Shown here piece by piece: positions 1 through 13,776 of a DNA stretch of 64,000 nt. Source of the DNA: Octopus sinensis (taxonomy: Eukaryota). Positions within the stretch are counted from its first letter, which is position 1; the number at the start of each line of letters is the position of its first letter. The notes under the pieces were generated by a model. That model was not told the DNA's origin and made no database searches. It was given only the letters and a program-made list of their open reading frames with translations. The DNA lies in assembly GCF_006345805.1 (NCBI RefSeq), contig NC_043006.1, positions 57,102,001 through 57,166,000 on the forward strand, given 5' to 3'. The position numbers and the translations under genes were made by a program.

Positions 1-289
1 TTAGAAATGTTGAACTATTAACAGGCAAGTATGTGTTTCTAAAAGACAAACAAGTATTACACATCAAGAATACACATACTCCCACTCACAGTCTTCTATG
101 CGAAAGCAAGAGCTTAAGACTGGCAGATCAAGGGAACCCCTGAATGCTGATGACAAAATTTTTGTAGTAGAAATCAGAAAATTTAGATAAGAAATTTCAG
201 ATACAAAACCTGGAAACAAGATACCCCAAAGACTGAAGTTTTAGTAAGTAGGGTGTAGGGAAAAGAAAAAAAAAAAACCAGAACCCAGT

Positions 290-500
290 TACCATCAGGG
301 ATATGGCTGTGCTCAACATAGAGGGATAGATAGAAATTCCATAAGGTGTTCTCAATGTAAACTATGAACATGCAGATATAGTACAGATGTGTGCTGCAAG
401 TAATGCTGGCAAAGACTGTCAATTTCATATGTAGCAAGTGCACTGGAGCAATTAGCACTAAGAGCATTTGGAGAATATTTTCTCAAATACCCAGACAGCC
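290..500 (+). mobile_element. Degraded RTE LINE fragment (PHD-finger region)
   Basis: ctggcaaagactgtcaatttcatatgtagcaagtgcactggagcaatt reads LAKTVNFICSKCTGAI, similar to LTGKIVFVCGRCSGAL of the RTE at 58-61 kb. Confidence 0.5.
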
Positions 501-979
501 CTCAAGCAATCAATACCTTTTGTTACCAAGAAGACCTAATCAACAGTGAGGGCAGGTGTTGTGAAAGTATATTAGCCAGAGTAAGAACTAACTGAAAAAA
601 ATTAAACGAACTATTATTTCTGCTGATTTCTTTCTTGAAGTGAAGAGCAGATTGTATGATATTTGAGTACAAAGAGCAATATTGCATTATGGGCTTGAAT
701 GCAGCATGCTTGTGAAAATTAGAAAGAAAAGAAGTGAGCATGCTTCATTGGATGTATGTTAGTATGCATGAACACTGGCCCATCATCCATGAAATAAGAG
801 AAAATATTAGCTCAGTCCTCTCAGCTATTTTCTCAGAGAAAATATTTACTCAGTCCTCTCAGCTACCACCACCTGTATCACACTCATCCTCCTGGCTTCC
901 AAATCATGATAATGAATTATGAGGGATTGCAGCAGACCTCTTCTCATGTACAGCCACTAAGTCGCTAAGCATCTGCTAC

Positions 980-1400
980 CATCATCATCATCATTAAACA
1001 TTCACTTTTCCATGCTTGCAAAGGTTGAACTGAATTTGGTGAGGTGGATTTTCTACTGTCAGATGCCTTTCCTGTTGTCAATCCTTACCTGATTCCAAGT
1101 AAGGTAATATTTCCCACCATATCAAACATGTTTACATAGGAGATTGGAAATGAAGGTCGCTGTTTGCATGACAATGACACTTGCTTACAGCAATCACACA
1201 ATGCCAAGGCTAAGAGAGTGACATACAGATACATGTACACATACAATAGCTTTCTTTCAGTTTCCATTTACCAATACCAAATCCACTTATAAAGCTTTGG
1301 TTGGCCCAGGGCTATAGCAGAAGACATTTGTCAGTGCCATGCAATGGGACTGAACATGCAATGGGAAGCAAACTTGTTACCATACAACTATACCTGCACC
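980..1400 (-). mobile_element. tRNA-derived SINE with RTE-like 3' end and (GAT)n tail
   Basis: tRNA-like head at about 1250-1400 shared with many copies in the window. The tail catcatcatcattaaacattcacttttccatgc resembles the RTE 3' terminus at 61340-61390. Similar copies at about 6850-7190 (-) and 52520-52850 (+). Confidence 0.7.
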
Positions 1401-3379
1401 TATACAACACCTGTATATTTGACAAATTTAACTTCTAAAACGACTATCAAGGGATATCAAGACAAGGAAGCACACTCATGAACACACACAACACACATAC
1501 AAATTGCATCAGGTCAGAATTTGGACTGCTAGTTCCACTACATCTAAACATCTTCCTTTCATAAACGTTGAACACATTGACCCGCATACTTACAGCTGTC
1601 TGGTAATCAGTGATTCAATAGAGATCACCAAACAAGTTATGCTTTGATGTAAAGAGACACAACACTGGTAATCATAAACATGGCTAGCTTCCATTCAAGC
1701 TTCTGTTTATCAAACTCCATCTTCAAGTTGTTAATTAAACCAAATTCAGTTCATCTTGATTGTGTGTAATTTGAAAATAATTCAGTTGCCTGTGACTAGT
1801 CTCCACTATACTAGAAGACACACATTCAAGGAAATGTGCAGTTGATTGAATTCATAACCAGATGATTGCAAAGTAAACTTCATTGACCACACATCTGTGC
1901 TTACACTAACTGGTTTTGAGTGTTGCTCATTCAATTGAAATGTGAATGATGTTTCCTGGATGAGGGTAAAATAAACGAAGGGAAGTGGCATGTCGAAGAC
2001 TAAATCAAGATAAATGTTGTACACTCCAAGCCAATAGATTATAATTTTTTTCGCTGAAATTTTTCCCAGTAATGAATAATTCTTACAAAATTATATGCAG
2101 TATCACATCCAGTTTACATACCCTCACGTGTCTGAGAAGAGAGAGAGAGAGAGACAGACAGACAGGCAGAAGAGAACCAGAATAAAGAAGACAAAAAAAA
2201 CATTGATGTAAGGGAGACAACTCTGAATGTAGTGGAACAATGGCCTGAGTTTCTTTTTTTAACTACTGCAATTTGTATATGTGTAGAAACTGTGATGAAG
2301 CAGGGGAGCCTATCATGTAAGATGGATGATTAAAAGTTGTTATTCAAGAAACCTTGTCATTGTAATTCTTTCTACAGGCACTACGGGGCGGAGACTAATT
2401 GATTACATAGAACCAGTGCTCAGCAGGTACTTATTTTATCAACCCCTAAAAGGATGAAAGGTAAAGTTAACCTCAGTGGAATTTTACCAAAAAAAAAAAA
2501 CTGTAATAATAGTACAACTTATACTAACAAAAAACTGATCCTCATTTTAAAGAATAAAAACTGTTTAAGGTTCTATAAACCCGACTGCATTATAAACCCC
2601 TTACATTACACTGATGTGATGGAAAACTACTATTTGTATTAGCAAATGTGGGAAATTACAAACTAATTCTATAATACCTATACTAATTATTTTACAATAG
2701 TTTTTGTCCTGTTATGATCCTTGCTCAGCTTTAACTCTCATTTTACATGTTCATCACTCCCTAGTCATCTATTCATGTCCCAGCTCTTGCACTCCTCTTT
2801 GAAGATAAAAAAAAAAGAGAAAATTTACTGATTTGGCAATTAAAAATAACATGAGGAAATATTTCCCAACAAATCCTTCAGTATGAAAAACATAGAGAGA
2901 GCTAAGACTAACCTTAGCAACAAATATACTTCACATTGGTTTCAGTAGACTGTTGTGGGGTAACATATACTCTCCTCCTTCATATGAATCTATAGAAACA
3001 CTGGTGCAAGTTCCATTTCAAAGATCCTGCAAACTACCAGCCTTGTACATTCGCTTCCACCTTCTTCAATCCCCTCTACATTTTAATAATTACCAGTACA
3101 GTTTCAGTAAAGTGAGATTTACTACTTACTTGCTTTTCCCTATCACTCACCACTGGTCTCTCAACCTTCAGAAGCTCAACAAAATTATAGCTAATATTCT
3201 TGACATTAGCAAAACGTGTCTGGTTTGAAGCCTTCTCACTAAATTTGTCTATAGTTCCTATCTGTATCTTATCTCTCAGACTGAAATATTTTTTATCATA
3301 CTATCAATTGTAGTGAACTGACAAAATACTCAAAACCATTGTCAACTCTGCTGTGTCCCAAAATCTAGTTATGTATTGA

Positions 3380-3480
3380 GGGAATGAAGATCTTTAGCCT
3401 TCATTAAACATTGGGCTTTTTATAAAGCTCAATTGAATCCTACATTAGAATACTGCTCACATACTGAGAATGGTATTGTT
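3380..3480 (+). mobile_element. CR1/Jockey-like LINE remnant
   Basis: tataaagctcaattgaatcctacattagaatactgctcacat reads YKAQLNPTLEYCSH, the LYKxxVRPxLEY motif downstream of the RT core. Confidence 0.5.
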
Positions 3481-3850
3481 GTAACACATAAACATTAAAA
3501 GAAATTGCCTCTGCTCTTCCTATATATCTGCCTTGTCTCCTTATCATCTTTACTGCATATGGTCACTAAAGAACTTGTTCAGTCATTCTTCCTCAAATCT
3601 TCAGTCTTCTGAAATTCCCACCTCACAGAAAATATATTCGCCAATCACTTTCAGATCATGGCTGCAGCTCTTTTTTGACAAACTTCTCTATTGAAAAGTT
3701 CATTTGATGATAAACCACTAAAGACATTATTTAACATACAATCGAAACTGATTCCAAGTTCTAACACTGTCCATATTCTCTAGTGTTATGACATCTTCTG
3801 ATGCTCTTTAAACCTCTTCTTACCATATTTCTGTTTTAATATAGTTTTTG

Positions 3851-5730
3851 TCATCAATATCATTATCATTTAACACCCGTTGTCCATGCTGGCATGGGTT
3901 GGACGGTTTGACTGGGCTGGCATACTGGAAGGCAATGCCAGGCTCCAGTCTGATTTAGTATGGTTTTCTATGGTTGGATGCCCTTCCTAACGCCAACCAC
4001 TCCAAGAGTGTAATGGGAGCTTTTATGTACCACCAGAACAGGTGCCATTTGTCCGACACCAGTATCTTCTATGACTGCGATTTTGCTTAGCTTGGTGGGT
4101 CTTCTCAAATACGACATAATGCCAAAGGTATTGGTCATTACCTCCGTGAGGCATGACACTTGAAGGGAACTTGGCCATTTTGTCTCTGTGGCCCAACACT
4201 CAAAAGGAACTCAGCAATTTTGCCTCCATGAGGCCCAATGCTCGAAAGGAACTCAACAGCTTTGCCTCCATCAGGCCCAACACTTGAAAGGAACTCAGCC
4301 ATTATGCCTCTATGAGGCCCAACACTCGAAAAGAACTCAGCCACTTTGCCTCCATGAGGACCAACATTCCAAGGTTGATTTTTTATGTGCCACCAGCATG
4401 GGTGCACTTGGCTTGACGGGTCCTCTTAAGCAGAGCACATCGCCAAAGGTCTCCATCACTAGTCATTGTCTCTGTAAGGTTCAAAGTTCAAAGATAATGC
4501 TTCAACACTTCATCCCATGTCCTCCTGGGTCTACGTCTACCACAGATTCCCTCCACAGAGATCACCACTTCTTTACACAGCTGTCCTCATCCATCTGCAT
4601 CGCATGACCATACCAGCACAGTTGTCTCTCTTGCACACCACATTTGACTCCTCTTATGCCTAACTTCTCTCTCGAGATGCTCACACTCTGCTAAACATGT
4701 ACACTGACATTGCACATCCAGCAAAGCATACTGGCTTCATTTCTTTCAAGCTTATGCATGTCCTCAGCTGTTATAGCCCATATTTCACTACCATGCAGCA
4801 TAGCTGTTCACACACAAGCATCAAACAATCTGCTTTTCACTCTGAGTCAGAAGCCCTTTCTTGCCAGCAGAGGCAGGAGCTCTCTGAACTTTGCCCAACC
4901 TAATCGTATTCCCACAGCTACGCTCTCAGAACATCCACCTCCATTACTAACCCGGTTGCCTAGATACTAGAAGCTATCTACTACTTCTAGCTTGCCCTCC
5001 TCGTAGTTGATGGAGTTTATTTTCTGCACATGCTCAGTATTTATTATGCCTGTACACCTTCCACATACAAAAGTTAGTTTCTCTCCCTTTGATGTTGCTA
5101 ATCCTTTTGTGTCCAAAGCTTACAGTGCATCTTTTGGAGATTCTACCTACACCTTTCATACAGATTAGGCAGGGCCATCTGAGGGGTTTTGTGATTTGTC
5201 TACCTTCCTACTTGCTATGACTTTGGTTTTTGCTGGGTTACTCTAAGGCACTTCGATTCTAGACCTTGTGTCCATACCTGTAACTTCTCTAGCTCAGGTA
5301 GTGATTCAGCTGCGAGAGCAAGGTCATCACCATAGAGGAGCTCCCAAGTGCAGCCTGACTTGAATTCCTCCATTATTGCCTGGAGGACTGATGAACAAGA
5401 GGGGGTTGGGCACTGATCCTTGGTGAACCTCTACTTGTACCCTGAATTCTTCGCTGTACTTGTTGCCCACTCTCACTTTACTTGTAGTATCCTTGTAGAA
5501 GGATTGTACAGCTCTCACCAACCACTTGTCTATCCCTAGTTTTTGCAGTGACCACCAGATAATGGATCGAGGGACTCTGTCAAAAGCTTTCTCCAAGCCA
5601 ACCAAAGCCAAGTACAGAGGTTTATATTTGGCTAGGTATTTTTTCTGCAGTTGATTTACCAGAAATATAGCATCAGTGGTGCTTCTACCTGGCATGAAGC
5701 CAAACTGCATTTCATCCAGAGTAACTCTCC
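3851..5730 (-). mobile_element. Old 5'-truncated RTE LINE (RT C-terminal half plus 3' UTR), frameshifted
   Basis: ORF 5327-5710 (QFGFMPGRSTTDAIFLV...KAFDRVPRS...VHQGS) is close to the RT of the 58-61 kb element. Homology continues through the C-terminus (4405-4990) into a 3' UTR ending in the (GAT)n-like tail at about 3851-3870. Confidence 0.9.
4140..4375. repeat. Minisatellite of about 42 bp, 5-6 copies, inside the RTE 3' UTR
   Basis: Recurrent unit approximately ggaactcagccattttgcctccatgaggcccaacactcgaaa. It explains the repetitive ORFs 4138-4407 and 4188-4607. Confidence 0.85.
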
Positions 5731-7868
5731 CAAATTACTTTGTTTTGTTTCAAATAACTAAATGAAGAATTTAGTAAAATAATTTTGTCATTATTATGCT
5801 GTTGTTTCGAACTTAAATTAACATGAAATTTTGATGAAAAATTTTTATTTAGATCACTTTAAATAGAAAGTTTGTATCATATGGCCAAGTGTTATTTCAG
5901 GTGGACTGGTATCAAAAGGGTTTGAGTATGTTTTTAGAAATGGACAGTTTCAAAATTTGAATAATATATTTGTTAATTTTTCAAGCAAATATTTTTATAA
6001 CATTTCATTACTGTTACTAACATCTAAAACAACCTGTACTTTACAAACAACACTTTTTTGGCCTCTCTAACAGAATGAGGTAGAATAGCATTCCTTATTT
6101 AGAAAGCAGACCACAATTGCTAGTTTGGCTGGAGCATATTACAATGAAGTAAAAGCCTTTCATTAAAAAATTAATTAATAAACACAAGGTAAATACACAA
6201 TAACTTATCTAGCTTTAATCTAAATTCCAAGTTAGACATGATTATTATTAAAAGTCAGACAGATTACCCCAGCAAGTATCAAAATGGTTACCATTTCTTA
6301 ATGTTATTGGTGGTTTAATTAAAATAAAAGAAACTGATTTGATATAGACTACAAACAATGACTATAAATAAACCTGAATTAACTGTTATGATTATAATAT
6401 ATATCACTGACATAGTCTCGAGTTTGAAAAAGAAATGAGAAAAGACTCACTGACAAAACAAACTCACACATAGATATTGCTTGCCATCAGACAAATGATA
6501 GATATGCAAGTATGACTATGTGGTTAAGAAGTCTGTTTTGCTATTTCAGGATTGTGTCCAGTATCACTGCATGGGATCTTGGGCATGTATCTTTACCATA
6601 TTCCACTCTCAAGGTATTTGTCAATCTGTGGCTATGGTGAACAGCAACTTTGTGGAAGTCCATTGAGTATGTATGTCTATATATTTCACTAATGCATACT
6701 ATAAAAGGGTATGAACATCAGCAAGAAAAGGAAAAAGAAATTATGATATTCTTGTTACTCATAATAAGAAAAGCAGTCAATAAGTAAGTAGCCCATTGGA
6801 TACCTGTAATTAAGAATGTTCATTGCTCACAAACTGATCCTTATTGTTTTTAAGACCCACTTTTCCATGTATGCTGGAATTTTTCAAGGTAGATTTTCCA
6901 GATTAAATGCCCTTCCTGTCACCAAGCCTTATCTGTTTCCAAGTAAGGTAATATTTCCCCATAGCCAGACATGTTTCCGTGGAAAAATTGGAAACAAATA
7001 CCACCACTTGTATGATAATACACACTTACAACTAATGTGTGATGTCAAGAAGTACACACACACACGATGAACTTCTTTCAGTTTCTGTCTACCAAATCCA
7101 CTCACAAGGCTTTGGTTGGCCCAAGACTACATTAGTTCTCCTGGAGCTATAGTAGAAGACATGCCTTCAAGGTGCCATGCAATTGATCATTAGAGATCAA
7201 GTCAGCCCAACTGACCAAGTGTCACTTTACATCGCAGGTAGCTGGGACAGAAAGAGAAAGAATACATAGCACTAAAATCAATTGTTCCAATAGATATCCT
7301 TCTACTAATGCTGTTAAGTCATAAACAGAACAGAGCAAAAACAAGGGAAAACAACACTGGTACATGAATATTAGTGTAAAAGCAAGGAGAATTAGAAGTA
7401 CACAGATTCAAATGAAATCTGACAAATAATTAGTGTGCGGAAACAGCTTTACGCTAACAGTTATAATTTTTCAGACTTAACCTCCTTTTTAACAATGGAA
7501 AATGTTCTAATAGCTACATCACACTATGCTTTGTGTTCTCTTCAGTTTGATTTCCCTACTTATTCCTGAATATGTACAAGACATTACATGCATCAGTGAT
7601 CCAGCAGATAAGAGCATTACTACTCTTAGCTTAAAAATAAAGGTTCCCAGTTCAAATCCAGTCAGGGACTAAATACATATACATAATTACAACCATTGAT
7701 GATGACTGGAGACCAAACCAACCATATGGAAGCATAGATGTAAATATTTTTCATATCTAAACATTAAACCAAATTTTATAAGCAGTAGCACATCCAAGAC
7801 ATTAAACATTTAGATTAAAGTGCAATGAGATTCATTAACCAAAATATAACGAACCATCATTTACTTAC

Positions 7869-8061
7869 CAAGAGTGTGAGCAATAAAATTATTCAAGGCA
7901 CAAACTAACCACACCCAATTTGGTATTGATGGATATTCGGGATTGTCAAGACTGGATGCATAAAACTCTGCATCGTAGTAAGTCATTATAACATAACTCA
8001 CTAGAAGTAGTAGAAAACCAACTAGGGTGAGTAGATTTGGAGCCAGCCATAATGGAAGAAA
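7869..8061 (-). CDS. SELENOI: Ethanolaminephosphotransferase 1 (EPT1/selenoprotein I ortholog), internal coding exon, 193 nt
   Basis: Minus strand: polypyrimidine acceptor ...ctttcttttcttttttgtctag, donor G|gtaagt. Translation FLPLWLAPNLLTLVGFLLLLVSYVIMTYYDAEFYASSLDNPEYPSIPNWVWLVCALNNFIAHTL(D) matches human EPT1 as I recall it (FPTWLAPNLITFSGFLL...DPDFYAS...[20 protein letters not shown]). The FYAS, WVW and NFxAxTLD features favour EPT1 over CEPT1/CHPT1. It ends in phase 1 at the Asp that begins the CDP-alcohol phosphotransferase motif. Confidence 0.93.
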
Positions 8062-9369
8062 CTAGACAAAAAAGAAAAGAAAGGAAGAAATTTAGAAAAG
8101 TTGCTTTTTACAGATGAAATATAAAACAGTTGTATAGTTATAAATACATTGGGGAGTTACTCATTTTAAAATGATGATGATATTGAATAAATACTTATTT
8201 GCAGTTTGTATCATCATCATAACCATTGTTTAATGTCCAAGTTCCATGCTGGCATGGGTTGGATGGTTTGACAAGATCTGATGGACTCAAGAAATGTATC
8301 ATGCACCAGTGAGTGTTTGGCGTAGTTTCTATGGCCCCGATACCCTTAAAAATCAATAGAAGTAACCAAACATTTCTCATGACAGGATTTATATAAAATT
8401 TCATTTTCACCTTTCTGAGGTTTGATGAAGTAAGTCCCATTATTACTTACTAGGAATAAAAGAAATGTCAAAGTGTTCATCTTATTAATCAAAAGAAATA
8501 CTCAATCTTTTAAATGATGAGTATTGCATTTATACAATAAGGTTATGAGATTTTTTTTGTTTTTTTTCTGAAGCTCCAAGTTAGTCTTGAAGAAATCAAC
8601 AGAAGATTAATCATCACTTTACACAACTTTTTCCATAACTGCATCAGTTGAACAAACCTCCAGTACAGCATCTTACCTATAGTACAGTAACTCACTAAAC
8701 CTCCCTGTAACCCAAGAAAGATCATATATATATATAAGGTTCTATGGACACTTGTAAAAGTAATAGAAATATATTGTGATATATTCCAAGAAGAATTAAA
8801 TTGAAATTATTTACATTCTCAACAAAAAAAAAAGAACAGCAGATTGTGCCTCAATAGAAGCTGAACCACATTTTATCACCCCTGGAAAAACAGACAAGAT
8901 CAACAGTAATTTAAGTACCAACTCCCTACTTAACTTAAGTAGGAAGTATCATTTTGACAAGGTAACTTTGTAGCTTGTAGTATAAGGCTTGCATTGAAAG
9001 TGGGAAGAGGGGAATCTCAATTAAATCAAGTTTTGAAATCACAACAAAAAGTTTGAGATTTCAGTTTTAACAAGAAAGGTTTCGTCTTTAAATCTGCTTT
9101 ATGTTGGTTGTGCTTCATCAAACTATAGTCAGCTAAAGCCATTTTATTTAACAACCCAGGACTTACCTTTCAGAGATGGGATTCCTCAACACTAAAAACA
9201 AATGAGGCCTCTTTTTAATTTAAGAACGAGAAAGCCACTTAAATTGATTCATTACAAAAGGTTTGTTGGTAGTAGACAACTCAAATTTGACAGACATGTA
9301 GCTGGAAGTAAGCCATGAAAGAAAGATCAATAACCAAAGATATAATATACATGCATGAACAGCACTTAC

Positions 9370-9438
9370 CTGTACAATCCAGTTCCAAAATGGATGTGTG
9401 ATATATTGGCCGATAGGACTACTGTCTACTGCATTGTA
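9370..9438 (-). CDS. SELENOI: EPT1/SELENOI coding exon, 69 nt, phase 0-0
   Basis: Acceptor cttatttttcttctgtatag, donor CAG|gtaagt. Encodes YNAVDSSPIGQYITHPFWNWIVQ (human [23 protein letters not shown]) and joins in frame to the 7869-8061 exon. Confidence 0.93.
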
Positions 9439-10149
9439 CTATACAGAAGAAAAATAAGAGAGAAAAAAAAGAATATAAATATATTGAAAAATATATCAAG
9501 ATATGTCAATAGTAAAATAATTTGGTTTCAAACTTAGTTCCTTCCATAAATGCTTGAATCCAAGATTTCTATACAGCAAAACTAAATCTGAGATTTTTTC
9601 ACTCAAGATATCCCCCATAACAATTCCATTATTTATTATAATATATATATATATATACAATATACAATGACTGTTACTAACCTTTCCATAAGTAGATGAT
9701 ACTGCTTTTTTTCTCTCAGCAGAACAGAACAAAAATACTCACACCATGTCACATTATATATTTTAAGATACTGTTTTAAAACAATTTTGGCTTTATAATC
9801 TGAGACAGAGAAGAGTATAACAAAGAATCACAATTTCAACATAGTTGGATCTCATCAGTGCGCAATCAGAACCATACACATTTTCTTACAGTGAAAGTAT
9901 CTATATATCAATCAATATCTTGTTTATATATCAGTATCAATCATTAGGTGGTGTAGTGGTCAGACTCAGTATAAGACCATTTAGAGTACAAGCAGGACAT
10001 ATTTGGTAATCAGCATAGAGTAAGATTACGAATGTGCATTCTTACAGAAATTGAAGTAACTCATGCATTTCAGTGTGTTACTGAAGCTTCATCATACAAA
10101 TCTGCAACCCTAGGGATTTGTCATGGATACTGACTGAGGTTAAAATGGT

Positions 10150-10870
10150 TAGATACTGAGCATGCAAAGTTTTAACAACACACAAACTGAATGAGACCCA
10201 GTTAGGTTGTCATGCATGCTGACATTGCACTTCTAGCAGAGCAAGATCGCCTCATTTTCTCCAGCTTCTGCATATACTCCACAGTCAGTGCTGATATAGT
10301 CAAGAGAGTTCCCTTAAGTTTTCTCATTTCATCCTTATTCTGGTTACTACCTTGCTTTCACCTTAACTGCTAGCTCACTATTTCTAGCAAGCCGTTCAGT
10401 TGTTGAAATTTTTCATTTCTTGAGTGCTCTTACTGCTAACTACTCGTGTACAAATGAAGTCCTCCTGTCAGCCTACTTGAATTTTTGTTTCCTCTGCACC
10501 TTTGTGAATCTATATTTTGTACTGGGCATCTAGTGTAGGGCTTTTACATACTCTTTTTCTACATATCAAGCATAACTACTTCCTAGGTGGCAGAAAAGTG
10601 TTGATATCTTATCAAAATTTTCGTCTTTGCTAATTGACCTTTACACTTCTTAATTCCTGTTTATGCAGCAGGAACATCTTTGCTCTTCAACTGATTTCAA
10701 CTAGGTCAATGAACTACAGAAGTACCTATGAACAACCTGTCTCAAACTCCTATCACATCTTAGAAAACTATAATAAGCAGGTGGTAGAGTGACAATCAAG
10801 TCTTGATGGACACCTACTTGCACAGTGAACTCATTGCTATTTACCCAGAGAAGAATGAGAATTGCTGGCA
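10150..10870 (-). mobile_element. Highly degraded RTE LINE remnant
   Basis: Minus-strand translations give QVGVHQ and a C-terminal CNVSMH-like segment, both matching the RTE ORF; many stops and indels. Confidence 0.65.
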
Positions 10871-11394
10871 GGCAGTTGAAAGAAGAATCAACAGGGAAAG
10901 AAAACCTATGAGGACAACTTGCTTCAGAACAGTGGAATGGGAAATGTGGATGAATTAAGAACATGTGGGACCGTGATGGATTGGTGTACTTGTGTGAAAT
11001 CATTGAAGCATCCAAGGGGACAGCTAAACTAAAACTAAGCTAACTGTACATGGCTTGCATGGCTCCCACAAGCCATTCACCTACACTCAGCTTCTTTTTT
11101 TTTTAATGACTAGACTACAGTGTGCTGTTCCAACTAAAATATTTAAAAAAAAAAAATTTTAACTACTACATTAAACTGAAGTGAAAAGGAAATTTTATAT
11201 CTTAAAACTAAGATCTAAATATGAAAGTAAAATCATGTGGAAATCACTGAATTTACGTCTCTGCTCTCAAATCATCTGCCTGCAGTATTTCATTATATTT
11301 GCCAGCTAATGAAGAGGGTATTTCAATTCTTATTTTGGAAATATTTTGGCTTTCAATTAAGGTGCAGTTATATATTTTTCGGAATATATATCAT

Positions 11395-12070
11395 CATCAC
11401 CATTATCTTTTGATCTCCATCATCCATCTTGGCATGGGTTGGGCAGTTTGACCAGACCTGATGTGCCCAAGGACTGCATTATTCTCCAGTGTCTGCTTTG
11501 GCATGGTTTCTAGCACCAGATGCCCTTTCTCATGCCAACCATTTTAGATTTGTACAAGGTGCTTTTTCATGGCACAGCATTAGTGAGGTTGTTATGCAGC
11601 TCACAAGACTATGGTTCCCTTTGACTGAGTGGGGTTACAGTAAAAAGGGAGGCAGATTTATGTTAGGAGATGAGAGGTAAAAGTTTGAAAGAAGGGGCCA
11701 GAACAAAACAGGCTTTTTTACTATACAGGAGCTACATGGTTACCTACATTATAGAAAGATGTGTATGAGTAACATGGGTGGAGCTGGAAAGGAAAGTGAA
11801 GTGAAATAGTGGTGATGACATGTCAGGGTGGACCCTAAAAGTACAAAGTGAACAGAAGTGGGGACAGAGCAGGGAGTGTGAATGGGTAGGGTTTGTAGGA
11901 GTATATGAAGAAAAGTGAGAAAGGGATGGTTAGAGGTGGAGGAATAAGTGAGTGGGGAGGTGAATATAATTAATGAAGAACAATGACCGATGGGTGAAAA
12001 TAGTGAATGGTGGACAAAGCAGGAGAGGTGTTCATTGAAACATGATTTAGGGAAAGGCAGAGGAAACATA
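11395..12070 (-). mobile_element. Old RTE-family 3' UTR fragment
   Basis: The (CAT)n...ccatcttggcatgggttgg tail and body match the RTE 3' end. The purine-rich part is the reverse complement of pyrimidine-rich tracts at about 41700-42480 and 53800-54150. Confidence 0.55.
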
Positions 12071-12655
12071 CATACACATGGGTGTGTGTGACACACACAC
12101 GTACTGGATATTTTGACCAGCAAATAAAATGTCTAATTTTATATATAATTATATACAATTAAAGTTCAATATTATATTCACTCGAGGACTTAATGATTTA
12201 GTGTGAAAATTCTGAAGAGGTTTGTTTTATAGTAAAGATTGTTTGCTAACATAACATGGCAGTCCTTGTTTAGGACTACTGTTGCTATAATTTATCCCCA
12301 GGAGACATCGTCTCCAGCTGGGTATACGACACGATCTGTGTCCTTACATTTTCGAACAAGGGAATCAAGCATCCCCACTCAGCTCAAAACAATATCTGTG
12401 GATCGCGATTTCTGGGTTATTTCCCTTTATCAGCACAGAATAATTAGTTTTTGATAGTCATTTTCCAAAATCTATATATATATAAACGGCAAAATTTCTC
12501 CAGTCGCACCGCAAAGCCATAAAAAAATTTTTTAAAAATCGATAAACCGACCCCTTATGTTTCAGGCAACAAAAGTCTTTTAATACAAGGGACGTGACTA
12601 ACTCCAGCAGTTTAATCTAAAGATATTAAACCATTGCAAGGGAAATAACTCTTTA

Positions 12656-12690
<35 letters not shown>

Positions 12691-12692
<2 letters not shown>

Positions 12693-13776
12693 CAACAATT
12701 GAGGGTAAAATTAATTAATTATTAATCAATTTCACCAAGTATTCAGTATGTAAAGGGACCATTATAGGCGAATTCAAAATATTACATTATATATAAGGGC
12801 TTAGTAAAATAAATTACTTTGCCACATACTGAACTCATTAGAAATAGCAGCTAAAGAAATTTCTTCAGCTATTTCTAATACTTAAAGAAGATCTCTCTCA
12901 GATAGTGTTTGCCTAAACCAACTCACAAAAGTATGGGGGAAAAAACATTAAAAAATCAAGTGCAAAGGTTATTTGAGAACGTACGTTTCTAGATTATATA
13001 TAATGTAATATTTTGAATTCGCCTATAATGGTCCCTTTACATACTGAATACTTGGTGAAATTTTTTAATGTTTTTTCCCCCATACTTTTGTGAGTTGGTT
13101 TAGGCAAACACTATCTGAGAGAGATCTTCTTTAAGTATTAGAAATAGCTGAAGAAATTTCTTTAGCTGCTATTTCTAATGAGTTCAGTATGTGGCAAAGT
13201 AATTTATTTTACTAAGCCCTTATATATAATGTAATATTTTGAATTCGCCTATAATGGTCCCTTTACATACTGAATACTTGGTGAAATTGATTAATAATTA
13301 ATTAATTTTACCCTCAATTGTTGAAATTATAATTCATCTCTCTTTGCTAAATGCTGCAGTTTTCACCGTTAATACATGGTGTTTGTCAATTTTAACCCAC
13401 GCTGGTGGAAAGGGGAGAGCAGAAATTCTTCGCTTGCATATTCGAATTTGATAGCACTTTTAGTTCGAGCAGAATTCTAGAGGTGATTAGAAGCCGAAAG
13501 GGTATGCTCCCGACTTTCAGTGTTCCCAAATCCGATTCAAGGAATTCTGAGCTGAAGAAAGAAATGTCGAATTGACTAATCTAGAAACGTACGTTCTCAA
13601 ATAACCTTTGCACTTGACTTTTTAATGTTTTTTCCCCCATACTTTTGTGAGTTGGTTTAGGCAAACACTATCTGAGAGAGATCTTCTTAAGTATTAGAAA
13701 TAGCTGAAGAAATTTCTTTAGCTGCTATTTCTAATGAGTTCAGTATGTGGCAAAGTAATTTATTTTACTAAGCCCT

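Noticed and set aside
797-865. 38-bp tandem duplication
   Set aside because: An ordinary small slippage duplication with no further structure.
6477-6488. Minus-strand DGKQ, resembling the DGxDGKQARR motif expected in the next EPT1 exon
   Set aside because: The context reads SDGKQYLC, with no ARR, no upstream DG and no suitable acceptor. It is a chance match; the real exon is probably left of the window.
9496-9732. ORF just upstream of the EPT1 exon with an internal gttagt donor
   Set aside because: No ATG before the donor (TTG start only), no homology, and it runs through a TA repeat.
9743-9799. 57-nt minus-strand segment with a good acceptor and a gtgagt donor, about the size expected for the EPT1 exon 1 coding part
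   Set aside because: It has a stop in the frame needed to join the next exon and no similarity to EPT1 N-termini. At most it is a UTR exon, and that is unsupported.
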